64,000 nucleotides of DNA. Source: Candidatus Omnitrophota bacterium (GTDB taxonomy: Bacteria; Omnitrophota; Gorgyraeia; Zapsychrales; JANLHA01). This document shows positions 1-9,026 of the stretch, one piece after another. The position numbers and the translations under genes are program-made. The stretch is from assembly GCA_020632535.1 (NCBI GenBank), contig JACKFJ010000001.1:218890-282889 (forward strand), written 5' to 3'. The first letter of the stretch is position 1; every line of letters begins with the position of its first letter. The notes beneath the pieces were generated by a model that was given only the letters and a program-made list of their open reading frames with translations, did no database searches and was not told where the DNA came from.

Positions 1-1
1 G

Positions 2-763
2 CGTAATGAATTTGTATTTTATCTTTTTTTATTTTGCAGTACGGTTTTCTTGATTTACTATGGTTTGACAAAAGTAGTCAAGAAACAGTCGAAAGATTTT
101 CTGACGCCGATTGTGATGGTAAGTTACGGGGCGATGTGGTTTTTGCTCTTTATTAATTTTTATGCGGTTTCACCACGTTATCGCGTAGCGCTGTATCCAT
201 TTTTGATTTTTGCTGTCGTCTACGTGGTGATGATTTTTGTCCGTATTTACCACGTGCGGCTTTTTATGTTGTGGGCAGCTCTTGCCCTGTCTTTGTATTC
301 TTCGTATGGCATTTTTTATGGAAGTGTGCCGGATAATGATCATGTGATGCTTGAGCGCAGTCTTGAATACCGCAATGATTTGGAATTAAATCGTCGCTTG
401 GTTCGTACCGCGGAAGAAAGATATAGCGACAAATTGATTGTAGCGCCGTTTACCGTCGCGCAGGCGATGGCGATTCCCCAATTGGGATATGTTGATAAGA
501 AATTAAGAATTATGATTTATGGATTTAGCTTGCAATATGGCGGGATTGCCAATTATCCGGGTTTGAAGAATTTGAGTTTAAAGAAAACGGTTTTTGTTGG
601 TGTCAAAATTGCGCCCATTGCGCCAGATTTTCCTTTTCCGGTTGGTCCTAAAGATGTGATATTAGAGGAAATTGCGGTGGGGAATAAAAAGGGATCGTTT
701 TTTGTCGGCGGTTTTGCGATTGAAGCATTGTGGCGTGTCACGCATGGGTTGAGTTTAAACTAA
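2..763 (+). CDS. C-terminal part of a polytopic membrane protein (5' end outside the window); possibly a GT-C/ArnT-like lipid-linked sugar transferase
   Basis: The frame stays open from nt 2 to the stop at 761-763, so the track start at 50 is only the first start-like codon. The N-terminal half is hydrophobic helices (LLFINFYAV, LYPFLIFAVVYVVMIF, LFMLWAALALSLY). It lies directly upstream of an ArnC/GtrB-like GT2. Function is inferred from context only. Confidence 0.45.
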   Translation, partial: RNEFVFYLFLFCSTVFLIYYGLTKVVKKQSKDFLTPIVMVSYGAMWFLLFINFYAVSPRYRVALYPFLIFAVVYVVMIFVRIYHVRLFMLWAALALSLYSSYGIFYGSVPDNDHVMLERSLEYRNDLELNRRLVRTAEERYSDKLIVAPFTVAQAMAIPQLGYVDKKLRIMIYGFSLQYGGIANYPGLKNLSLKKTVFVGVKIAPIAPDFPFPVGPKDVILEEIAVGNKKGSFFVGGFAIEALWRVTHGLSLN

Positions 764-769
764 GAGGAT

Positions 770-1708
770 GTGATGGAAAAAACATTTTGTGAGATTTCGA
801 TTGTCGCTCCGGTCTTTAATGAAGAGGGTGGGATAACAAATTTTTGTGATACCGTTGTCGCGGTAATGGCCTCGGCGAATCTTGATTATGAAATTGTTCT
901 TGTTGATGACGGGAGCCGTGATAATTCTTTTGTTGAAATGAAATTGCTGCGTGATAAGAACGCGCGCATTCGTATTGTCCGACTTGCCCGCAACTTCGGC
1001 CATCAATTAGCCATTACTGCCGGTATGCGTCAGGCGTGTGGTCGTTGCGTTGTGGTCATGGATTGTGATTTGCAGGATTCTCCTGCCGTGATTTTGCAGT
1101 TTTTGGCCAAGTGGCGGGAAGGATTTGAAATCATTCATGGTGTGCGTAAAGAGCGCAAGGGCGAGACATGGTTTAAAAAAGCCAGCGCGTTTGCGTTTTA
1201 TCGTGTTCTTGCCGCGACTACCAATATCAGTATTCAAAAGGATGCTGGTGATTTCTATCTTTTAGACCGTAAAGTCATTGATGTTTTAAACACAATGGAC
1301 GAGCGCCATCGTTTTATGCGCGGACTTTTAGGGTGGGTGGGATTTAAGCGCACCACAGTCGAATACGTTCGGGAGCCTCGTTTTACGGGTGTGACCAAAT
1401 TCAGTTTTTGGAAAATGCTCAAATTTTCTCTTGATGCGGCGACATCTTTTTCCTTTATGCCTTTGCGCGTGATTTCTTTAATCGGGCTTGTTATTTCTTT
1501 AATCGCGTTTCTTGGTATCGGGGCAATCCTTTTTGTGAAACTTTTTACGAATTACGCGGTTACTGGTTGGTCATCATTAATGGTGGCTGTGCTTTTTATT
1601 GGTGGGATACAACTTATTGCCATTGGCATTATCGGCGAATATCTGGCCCGTATTGGGGATGACGTTAAGGGACGACCATTGTATGTAATTACGGAAGTTT
1701 TGGAGTAA
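770..1708 (+). CDS. Family 2 glycosyltransferase, polyprenyl-phosphate sugar transferase type (ArnC/GtrB/DPM1-like)
   Basis: GT-A core motifs ISIVAPVFNEE, YEIVLVDDGSRDNS and VVVMDCDLQDSP, followed by two C-terminal TM helices (LISLIAFLGIGAILFV, LMVAVLFIGGIQLIAIGIIGEY). This is the ArnC/GtrB architecture. Confidence 0.85.
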   Translation: MMEKTFCEISIVAPVFNEEGGITNFCDTVVAVMASANLDYEIVLVDDGSRDNSFVEMKLLRDKNARIRIVRLARNFGHQLAITAGMRQACGRCVVVMDCDLQDSPAVILQFLAKWREGFEIIHGVRKERKGETWFKKASAFAFYRVLAATTNISIQKDAGDFYLLDRKVIDVLNTMDERHRFMRGLLGWVGFKRTTVEYVREPRFTGVTKFSFWKMLKFSLDAATSFSFMPLRVISLIGLVISLIAFLGIGAILFVKLFTNYAVTGWSSLMVAVLFIGGIQLIAIGIIGEYLARIGDDVKGRPLYVITEVLE

Positions 1709-1710
1709 AA

Positions 1711-2322
1711 ATGACAACAGCAGATCATAAAATGCGATTTGGCGGTATTTTGGAAAATCCGCTTGTTTCAAAGATTCAGCGCGCGATTCTCGATGGTGGA
1801 CGTGTCCGAGGATTAAAAAATGGACTAAAGCCACTTGAGTATGACAAAGTTTTGGATATTGGTTGTGGTTTGGGTGAATGTTCGGCGGTTAATAAAGGCA
1901 AGTACATCGGCATTGATAACAGTTTTCCTCGTATTGCGTATGCGGCCAAGCACTATTCCAATCATACTTTTTTTGTTGGAGACGCGATATCGATTCCCGT
2001 TCTTGACAAAACATTTGATTTGGCTTTGTTGATTGATACTTCACATCATTTAACGGATGATCAATTCAAAACGGTGCTTTTAGGGTTACAAAGGATCAGT
2101 CGTCGGTATATTGTGGTTAGTGATCCGGTTATTTATCCGGGACAGAATTTTTTAAGTCAGTTTTTTTATAAATTAGACCGTGGCGCGTGTTTTCGTACTG
2201 AGCAGCAGTCAAAAGCCGTGTTTGACGCGGTTCCCGGTTTGCGATACCGCAGTACGTTTTCATATCGCACATTTCCCGGCCTTTATATTCATCAGGCCTT
2301 TGTTTTGGAGCTTATTTCATAA
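1711..2322 (+). CDS. Class I SAM-dependent methyltransferase
   Basis: Motif I VLDIGCGLGE and a downstream FDLALLIDTSHHL segment. It starts 3 nt after the GT2 stop, so it is probably co-transcribed. Confidence 0.7.
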   Translation: MTTADHKMRFGGILENPLVSKIQRAILDGGRVRGLKNGLKPLEYDKVLDIGCGLGECSAVNKGKYIGIDNSFPRIAYAAKHYSNHTFFVGDAISIPVLDKTFDLALLIDTSHHLTDDQFKTVLLGLQRISRRYIVVSDPVIYPGQNFLSQFFYKLDRGACFRTEQQSKAVFDAVPGLRYRSTFSYRTFPGLYIHQAFVLELIS

Positions 2323-2359
2323 TTGATTTTTGTAAAAAACCGATTCCAAGAAATTTTTC

Positions 2360-2387
2360 TTGCCCTTCCGGAGAATTTTTCTATAAT
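2360..2387 (+). promoter_or_regulatory. Candidate sigma70-type promoter (TTGCCC, 16-nt spacer, TATAAT)
   Basis: TTGCCC at 2360-2365 and a perfect TATAAT at 2382-2387, about 48 nt upstream of the ATG at 2435 in a 100-nt intergenic gap. Confidence 0.45.
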
Positions 2388-2434
2388 AAGCGCAGATTTT
2401 AGAAATAACCAGTACATTACGAGTGGAGTTTAAG

Positions 2435-3103
2435 ATGTCGACAGAGAAAAAAAGTCAGAGTTTATGGGGATTGATTGTTATCGCGGCGATTTTAAGCGGT
2501 TTATCTTATTGGACATATCGCGAAGTCGCTAATGATTACATGACCGTAGAAAGTTCCAATCGCATGATGCAGTCGCTTTTGGAAAATCAGACAAAATTTG
2601 TTCGTTCTTACGCGGCGCAAATCAATGATGTTAAGAATAATCTCTCTCAGGCTGAGGAAAAATTAGCGAAAGTCGAATTTGAAAACACCGAACTCAAGGG
2701 TAAGATGGCTATGCTTGACAATGTGTCGGCGCTTGAGCAAAAAATTGCCATGTTAGAAGAGGTCAATGCTCAAATGCGACAAAGCATGGAGGACGCGCAG
2801 TTGGCTTCCAAAGCCCGTGAGGAAGAAATGCACGCGAAATTACAGAAATTGCTTGCGGAACAGGATTTTAAAAATGTTGATGAAGGCCGCGCTCTTCTTG
2901 CTAAGTATAAAAAGAAAATCAGTGAGATTAAGGCGCGTATCAAAGGATTTCAAATCAAAGAGAGCAATGATATTGACGATGCGCGTATGATGATGGGCAA
3001 TAATGGTTTTTTAGTTCGTCATGGACAAGAAGTCCCGGTCAATGTTGTTTGGCCGCCTAAAACAAATAAAAATGTACACATTGACGTTACTTTTGTTAAG
3101 TAG
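2435..3103 (+). CDS. Membrane-anchored coiled-coil protein, function unknown
   Basis: One N-terminal TM helix (LWGLIVIAAILSGLSYW), a long heptad-like E/K/Q/L-rich stretch, and a short C-terminal non-coiled domain (NGFLVRHGQEVPVNVVWPP). ATG at 2435 is preceded by GAGTGGAG; the track start at 2423 is a GTG alternative. Confidence 0.6.
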   Translation: MSTEKKSQSLWGLIVIAAILSGLSYWTYREVANDYMTVESSNRMMQSLLENQTKFVRSYAAQINDVKNNLSQAEEKLAKVEFENTELKGKMAMLDNVSALEQKIAMLEEVNAQMRQSMEDAQLASKAREEEMHAKLQKLLAEQDFKNVDEGRALLAKYKKKISEIKARIKGFQIKESNDIDDARMMMGNNGFLVRHGQEVPVNVVWPPKTNKNVHIDVTFVK

Positions 3104-3114
3104 TCAAATGAACG

Positions 3115-3849
3115 TTGCCTGAAGAAATCTCTCATACCTTAAGTACCCCTGCAGGACAAATCTCCTATGTTCTTCGGCGTTCATTGCGTCGTAGGACGAT
3201 GGAGATTTCTATTTTGTCTGATAGTCGGACCCGCGTTACAGCTCCGCGTTTTGTTCCGCTTCCAAGCATTGAAAAATTCATTTATTCTCGGTCGGATTGG
3301 ATTATTCAAAAAATCGCTCAAAAGCGTTTCCAAGAGGATAAGCTTCAATCGAAGAAATACGAAACTGGGCACACGTATCTTTTTATGGGACAAGCGTATC
3401 CTATTGTTATTGATCGACAGCATAATTATGCGACGAAAGTAAGTTTTTCGGGAACACAATGGGACGTGCGCGCAAATACTGGTACAACCCCAGCGATGAT
3501 CAAGCGCAAATTGATTGCGTGGTATCGAAGGGAGGCGGGCGAGATTTTAGGCGGTCGAATTTTTCATTACAGCCGCGTGATGGGGTTGGCTCCACAAAAA
3601 ATTACTGTCAAAACACAGAAGCGTCTCTGGGGGAGTTGCAATCATCTCGGCAAGTCAATTAATCTGAACTGGATTCTTGTCATGGCACCTTTAGCGGTTA
3701 TTGATTATGTTGTTGTGCATGAGTTATGTCATTTGGAAGTGCCAAATCATTCGCGGCGTTTTTGGAAAAAAGTCATTATGTTTATGCCTGATTATCAAGA
3801 GAGCGAGAAGTGGTTAAAAACACACGCGGCAGAAATGCGATTACCTTAG
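3115..3849 (+). CDS. YgjP/DUF45-type zinc metallohydrolase
   Basis: C-terminal HExxH block VVVHELCHLEVPNHSRRFW, typical of the DUF45 (M48-like) family. The TTG start is taken from the track and is uncertain. Confidence 0.72.
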   Translation: MPEEISHTLSTPAGQISYVLRRSLRRRTMEISILSDSRTRVTAPRFVPLPSIEKFIYSRSDWIIQKIAQKRFQEDKLQSKKYETGHTYLFMGQAYPIVIDRQHNYATKVSFSGTQWDVRANTGTTPAMIKRKLIAWYRREAGEILGGRIFHYSRVMGLAPQKITVKTQKRLWGSCNHLGKSINLNWILVMAPLAVIDYVVVHELCHLEVPNHSRRFWKKVIMFMPDYQESEKWLKTHAAEMRLP

Positions 3850-3950
3850 GAAAACTAAATGAGAATGCAGTAGCAAGCACAGTTTTTCTCTTATATAATG
3901 CGTTTTGTTAGGATATGTTTATAGCAATATTTTGTTCTTTAAGGAGATTT

Positions 3951-4340
3951 ATGTCCGACAAAATAATCATGGTTGTTGACGACGAAGAAGATATTTTGGC
4001 ACTTTTGGAAAAGAAATTGGCCGAACATGGTTTTCGTGTTATCGTGGCAACGCGTGGTCGTGACGCGATTCAAAAGGCTAAATCCTTTTTACCGGGTTTG
4101 ATTTTAATGGATATTGTTCTGCCGGATATCGGCGGGCCCGAGGCGGTTAAGCTCATCAAAGAAGATCCTGCGACGCGGCATATTCCGGTTATTTTTCTTT
4201 CCGGTATTGTTTCTAAGGAAGAGGAAGATACCAAAATGGGTGTACAGGTTGATGGTGTTCGTTACCGTGCTTTGGCTAAGCCGTTCTTTTTTCAGGATTT
4301 ATATTCGGAAGTCGAAAGAGTTTTTAGTCCGCAGTCGTAA
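3951..4340 (+). CDS. Stand-alone response regulator receiver domain (CheY-like)
   Basis: IIMVVDDEEDIL, phospho-acceptor context LILMDIVLPDIGG, and conserved Lys in ALAKPF. ATG at 3951 is preceded by AAGGAGA; the track start at 3915 lacks an RBS. Confidence 0.85.
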   Translation: MSDKIIMVVDDEEDILALLEKKLAEHGFRVIVATRGRDAIQKAKSFLPGLILMDIVLPDIGGPEAVKLIKEDPATRHIPVIFLSGIVSKEEEDTKMGVQVDGVRYRALAKPFFFQDLYSEVERVFSPQS

Positions 4341-4387
4341 ATCATCCTGCCATCAGTTCTGTTTTCTTTAAAATTATAGGGGGTTTT

Positions 4388-4837
4388 ATGTTATCGGAAA
4401 AAATTGATAATGATTTTAAACAAGCGATGAAGGACAAGAATCCAGTCAAAGTGTCAACGCTGAGTTTATTACGGTCGCAATTTAAATATGTCATGATTGA
4501 AAAGAAAGCCGAAAAGATCGAAGACATCGATGTGATTGCCGTAATCAAAAAGCAGATTAAGCAGCGTCAGGATTCGATTGAGCAGTATGAAAAAGGCGGG
4601 CGACAGGATTTGGCCGATAAAGAAAAGGAAGAATACGCTATTTTAAAAGCATATCTCCCTGCGGAAATGTCTTTTGGCGACATTGAGAAAATTGTTAGTG
4701 AAATTGTTAAGGAAACTGGTGCGCAAGGCATGAAAGATATGGGGAAAGTGATGAAGGATGTTGCGCCCCGTTTGGCTGGCCGAGCGGATAATAAAATGGT
4801 CAGTGAAGCTGTTAAGAAGATTTTAAGCGGACAATAA
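4388..4837 (+). CDS. GatB/YqeY domain protein
   Basis: Typical YqeY sequence along the full length (DFKQAMKDKN, IKQRQDSIEQYEKGGRQDLADKEKEE, MGKVMK). Confidence 0.85.
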   Translation: MLSEKIDNDFKQAMKDKNPVKVSTLSLLRSQFKYVMIEKKAEKIEDIDVIAVIKKQIKQRQDSIEQYEKGGRQDLADKEKEEYAILKAYLPAEMSFGDIEKIVSEIVKETGAQGMKDMGKVMKDVAPRLAGRADNKMVSEAVKKILSGQ

Positions 4838-4845
4838 TATTTTTA

Positions 4846-5625
4846 ATGCGAGCCTATAAGAAAATATTTCTTGGTGTTTGGTGTGTTCTCATCGGTTTTT
4901 TGATTTTTGCCTGTCTTATCGCAGACAAATACACTGTGCCGGTTATGATGTACCATAATGTCGCTGATTCCGCTGTATTTCGTGAGGACACGGTTAGTCT
5001 TGCTAACTTTGAAAGACAGCTTAAGTTTTTGGTCAGTCGTGGCTATAATGTTATCACTTTGCAGGAACTCGTCGATGGTATTAAATCCGGCCGCAAGTTT
5101 AAGCATAATTGTGTTGCCATCACATTTGATGACGGCATGAAAAATAACTTTACCGCCGCATATCCGCTCTTAAAAAAGTATAATTTTACGGCCAATTTTT
5201 TTATTTCTCCGGGTACGGTAGGTGATCAGAATTCGATGACATGGGATGATGTGCAGACGATGAGGGCAAATGGCATGACGTTTGGCAGTCACGGGATGAT
5301 TCAGGCATATTTGCCTTCGGTCTCGACTCAAGAAAAGACATATGAAATTTATGAAAGTAAACGCATTTTAGAAGAAAAACTTAAAGAGCAAATTTATTTT
5401 TATGCCTACCCTGTTGGAGGTTTTAATGATGAAGCGATCGCGATGTTAAAGCAAGCTGGTTATTCCGCTGCTTTTACAACAAATCGCGGGACCGATCGGC
5501 TTAATAAAGATATTTTTGAAATTAACCGAATTCGTTTTGGTGATAAAGATCAATCATCATTGGTTTTGACAGCCAAGCTTTCGGGTTACTATAATTTATT
5601 TCGTAAATTAAAAAAGTCACATTAA
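4846..5625 (+). CDS. Membrane-anchored polysaccharide deacetylase (NodB homology domain)
   Basis: N-terminal TM helix, then VMMYHNV, VAITFDDG and FGSHG motifs of carbohydrate esterase family 4-type deacetylases. Confidence 0.8.
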   Translation: MRAYKKIFLGVWCVLIGFLIFACLIADKYTVPVMMYHNVADSAVFREDTVSLANFERQLKFLVSRGYNVITLQELVDGIKSGRKFKHNCVAITFDDGMKNNFTAAYPLLKKYNFTANFFISPGTVGDQNSMTWDDVQTMRANGMTFGSHGMIQAYLPSVSTQEKTYEIYESKRILEEKLKEQIYFYAYPVGGFNDEAIAMLKQAGYSAAFTTNRGTDRLNKDIFEINRIRFGDKDQSSLVLTAKLSGYYNLFRKLKKSH

Positions 5626-5626
5626 T

Positions 5627-5699
5627 CCATTGCATGGAGCGTAGTGACGTGGTAATTGCGTATAGATTGCCGCGTCAACCTCTGGTCTCCTCGCAATGG
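5627..5699. repeat. Palindromic repeat element, family CCATTGCGAG/GGCAATCT (degenerate copy)
   Basis: Left arm ccattgcatggagcgtagtgacgtggtaattgc, 4-nt loop, right arm agattgccgcgtcaacctctggtctcctcgcaatgg. It shares the AGATTGCC and CCTCGCAATGG blocks with copies at 13327, 16320 and 18244. Confidence 0.75.
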
Positions 5700-5721
5700 T
5701 GAAAGACATGAAGGGGAATTC

Positions 5722-8700
5722 ATGACACGCTCAACGAACGCCAAAAGTTCTCAATATCATCTCAGCGCTGAGGGTAGTTTTGTTATCAATGATTACAATC
5801 ATAGTAAGCCATTTAGCAATTTTTTCCCGGGAGTTGCTGGAGTGTGGGGCATTCCGATGTGGGCGTTTTATGTGAATCGTGGTCAGGCTATTAGTAGTTT
5901 TGGTATTGAGAGTAAGGACAAAGCGATTTTAGAGTTTCTTCCCGCCAATAAAGCCTATCGGCAAACGTCACTGCAGGGTTTTCGCACATTTATCAAAGTT
6001 AAAAGTGGATCTAAGAATTTATTTTGGGAACCATTTCAATCGTCAGGCAAAACTCAAAGCTCGATGGTTATCAGTAGTCATGATTTGACTCTTGAGGATG
6101 AAAACAAGACCTTGGGTTTAAAAATTAGCGTTAATTATTTTACTTTGCCGGGTGAACCTTTTGCGGCATTGATTCGTTGCGTTACCCTTACAAATATATC
6201 CAATAAGAATTTAGACATCGATGTCATTGACGGGTTGCCGCTGATATTGCCTTACGGTATGCGTGATTGGACGGTCAAGAATATGTCACGGACTGTTGAG
6301 GCGTGGGTCAAGGTCAAGAATGTGCATGCCAAAGCGCCTTTTTATCATCTGAATGTTGAAGTGGCAGACACACCAGATGTAAAGCATATAAAGGAAGGCA
6401 ATTTTTATTTTGCGTTTATCGGGGATGGTAAAAAGACAAAACTTTTAGATCCGATCGTTGAGGCGGCTGTGGTTTTTGGCCGCGCGACGGACTTTGTACA
6501 GCCGGAAAGATTTATTGAGAGCAAGAAGTTTTCATTGCCTTCCCGTCAGGAAACAGCAAGTCGTACACCGAGCGCGATGTGTTGGACCACAATGAAACTT
6601 GCGCCTAAAGCACAAAGAATTATGACATCCGTAATTGGTCAGACATTTTCACAGGAGCATTTGAGTGATATTGTCAAAATTTTGACATCGCCGGGATATG
6701 TGACAAAAAAACGTGCTGAGAACAAGACATTGGTCAACAGTATAAAGAATTATGCTTTGACGAGTAGTTCTTCTGTCGCGTTTGACATGTATTGCGGGCA
6801 GACATTTTTGGATAATATTCTTCGTGGTGGTTTGCCAGTGACAGTAAACACCAGTGATGGGAAAGTCGCTTTTAATGTTTATAGCCGCAAGCATGGTGAT
6901 CCAGAGCGCGATTATAACTATTTTGTTCTGTCGCCGACATATTTTTCGCAAGGGAATGGAAACTTTCGCGATGTTAATCAAAACCGTCGTAATGATGTTT
7001 GCTTTAATCCTGACGTGAAGGATGCGTCCGTCATTGATTTTTGGAATCTTCTTCAGGCAGATGGTTTTAATCCTCTTGTTGTCAAAGGAATGGCATTTTC
7101 ATTGGCTGATCCCGAACATTTGGAAACTATTCTTCAGGATTTGATTAAAGGCGAATGTGAACCTTTACGTGAACTTTTACAAGAAAGTTTTCAGCCCGGA
7201 CAAGTCTTTAAGTGTATTAGCGAAAACAATTTGTCTTTACGTTTTGCAGCCCAAGAAACGTTAGAAAAACTTTTGGCGCATTGTTTACCGCAGATTACTG
7301 CGGATCACGGGGAAGGGTTTTGGTCGGATCATTGGACATATAATTTGGATTTGATCGAAAGTTATTTAAGTATTTATCCTGATCAAGCGCGGGCACTTTT
7401 AGTGGACAAAAAAGTTTTTAATTTTTATCACAACTTGCATTATCTTGCCACACGCAGCGAGCGTTATGTGTTAACGGATAAAGGCGTACGGCAATATCAC
7501 GCGGTTATTGATGGAACACGTGAATTTCCTGTTTATGAACGCGGGAATAAGTTGCGTGTTGATGGCGGTTCTGGTGAAGTTTATCACACGAATTTACTGG
7601 TCAAAATCATTTGTCAAATTACAAATAAGGCCGCAAGTTTTGATCCCAGTGGTGTTGGTTTAGAAATGGAAGGGGATAAACCGAATTGGTATGACTCATT
7701 AAATGGTTTGCCGGGACTTTTAGGCTCGTCGTTATCAGAGATGTTGGAATTAAAGCGCATTTGTCACTTTTTGCTTGAACATTTAGAAGGTTTGCATATT
7801 GAGGGCGACGAAGTATCAGTTTTTATTGAATTAGCAGATTTTATTAAAGAGCTTAAGTCTGTCATGGAAAGGGAAAAAGATCCGGCCGCGATTTGGCATT
7901 TGACCAATGACGCGAAAGAGCATTATCGTTTACGGATTCGCAAAGGCATTGAAGGTCGCGAAACGGTTTTAAAAATTGCAGATATTAAAGTATTTTTAAA
8001 AGCGATCGTGGATCGTTGCCGTCAAGCCATTGAAAACGCAAAAACATCTAAGGGATTATTGTCGACATATTTTTACCACGAAGTTATCGATTATGCGTTA
8101 TTAGATAAAAAGTATAAGGATATGCCTCATGTTTTGCCTGTATCGTTTAAGCGTCGTGATTTGCCGCTTTTTCTTGAAGGTTTTGTGCATGCCTTAAAAG
8201 TCAATCATGACCAGAAGCATGCGGTTGAAATTTATAAGCGTTTGCGCAAGAGTCCATTATTTGACGAGAAATTAAAAATGTATAAAGTCAACGCGGACAT
8301 TTCCAGTCAGAGTGAGGAGATCGGCCGTACTCGGATTTTTCCGCGTGGGTGGCTCGAGAATGAATCCGTGTGGCTGCACATGCAATATAAATATCTCCTT
8401 GAGATTTTGCGCAGTGGATTACATGAGGAGTTTTATGAAACATTTAAGGACATTTTGATCCCGTTTTTAAAACCGGATGTGTATGGCCGCAGCACATTAG
8501 AAAACTCATCGTTTATTGTTAGCAGTAGTCATGAAGACAAGAATATGCATGGGCAAGGTTTTGTTGCGCGTCTTTCAGGAAGTACTGCGGAGTTTTTACA
8601 TGTTTGGTTACTTATGAATGTCGGGGCTAAGCCGTTTTGTTGGGACAAAAAACGTGGGTTAACATTAACATTCAAGCCGGCTTTGGCGGGCTGGTTGTTT

Positions 8701-8991
8701 ACTAAAGAAGCGCGCGAAATTATCGTTGTTGATAAGGAGCAGGAACAGAAAACGGTTCATTTACCCAAAAACACGTACGCTTTTAATTATTTGTCTTCGA
8801 CACTTGTTGTTTACCATAATCCAAGTCGTAAGGATACATTTGGGCCTAAGGCCGCTCAGATAAGTGGAATTGATATTAAGTATACCGGTTTGCACAAGTC
8901 TGTGCAGCTGACGGATGGCGTTATTCCGTCGGAGTATGCGCAGGACATTCGTGAGAATAAGGTTGAACGTATCGATATTAAACTGATCTAA
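5722..8991 (+). CDS. Large (~1090 aa) cytoplasmic protein, probable (alpha/alpha)6-barrel glycoside phosphorylase/hydrolase (GH94-like, distant)
   Basis: Long uninterrupted ORF. ATG at 5722 is preceded by AAGGGGA, while the track start at 5656 lies inside a repeat element. Motifs GNGNFRDVNQNRRND and GDKPNWYDSLNGLPG resemble the RD..QD and DWND-type blocks of cellobiose/chitobiose phosphorylase-like enzymes. The family assignment is tentative. Confidence 0.55.
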   Translation: MTRSTNAKSSQYHLSAEGSFVINDYNHSKPFSNFFPGVAGVWGIPMWAFYVNRGQAISSFGIESKDKAILEFLPANKAYRQTSLQGFRTFIKVKSGSKNLFWEPFQSSGKTQSSMVISSHDLTLEDENKTLGLKISVNYFTLPGEPFAALIRCVTLTNISNKNLDIDVIDGLPLILPYGMRDWTVKNMSRTVEAWVKVKNVHAKAPFYHLNVEVADTPDVKHIKEGNFYFAFIGDGKKTKLLDPIVEAAVVFGRATDFVQPERFIESKKFSLPSRQETASRTPSAMCWTTMKLAPKAQRIMTSVIGQTFSQEHLSDIVKILTSPGYVTKKRAENKTLVNSIKNYALTSSSSVAFDMYCGQTFLDNILRGGLPVTVNTSDGKVAFNVYSRKHGDPERDYNYFVLSPTYFSQGNGNFRDVNQNRRNDVCFNPDVKDASVIDFWNLLQADGFNPLVVKGMAFSLADPEHLETILQDLIKGECEPLRELLQESFQPGQVFKCISENNLSLRFAAQETLEKLLAHCLPQITADHGEGFWSDHWTYNLDLIESYLSIYPDQARALLVDKKVFNFYHNLHYLATRSERYVLTDKGVRQYHAVIDGTREFPVYERGNKLRVDGGSGEVYHTNLLVKIICQITNKAASFDPSGVGLEMEGDKPNWYDSLNGLPGLLGSSLSEMLELKRICHFLLEHLEGLHIEGDEVSVFIELADFIKELKSVMEREKDPAAIWHLTNDAKEHYRLRIRKGIEGRETVLKIADIKVFLKAIVDRCRQAIENAKTSKGLLSTYFYHEVIDYALLDKKYKDMPHVLPVSFKRRDLPLFLEGFVHALKVNHDQKHAVEIYKRLRKSPLFDEKLKMYKVNADISSQSEEIGRTRIFPRGWLENESVWLHMQYKYLLEILRSGLHEEFYETFKDILIPFLKPDVYGRSTLENSSFIVSSSHEDKNMHGQGFVARLSGSTAEFLHVWLLMNVGAKPFCWDKKRGLTLTFKPALAGWLFTKEAREIIVVDKEQEQKTVHLPKNTYAFNYLSSTLVVYHNPSRKDTFGPKAAQISGIDIKYTGLHKSVQLTDGVIPSEYAQDIRENKVERIDIKLI

Positions 8992-9026
8992 TGAAGTGAT
9001 AGGCTAATGTTCGTTCTTCTTAAGCT

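Noticed and set aside
5656-5721. Track-proposed N-terminal extensions: 5656 for the large ORF, 3915 for the response regulator, 28788 for rpsB, 37828 for ahcY, 51234 for waaA, 52653 for lpxK, 23347 for lpxB.
   Set aside because: In each case an internal ATG with a better-placed purine-rich RBS matches the expected homolog N-terminus. The extension also runs through a repeat element, an upstream gene or non-conserved sequence.
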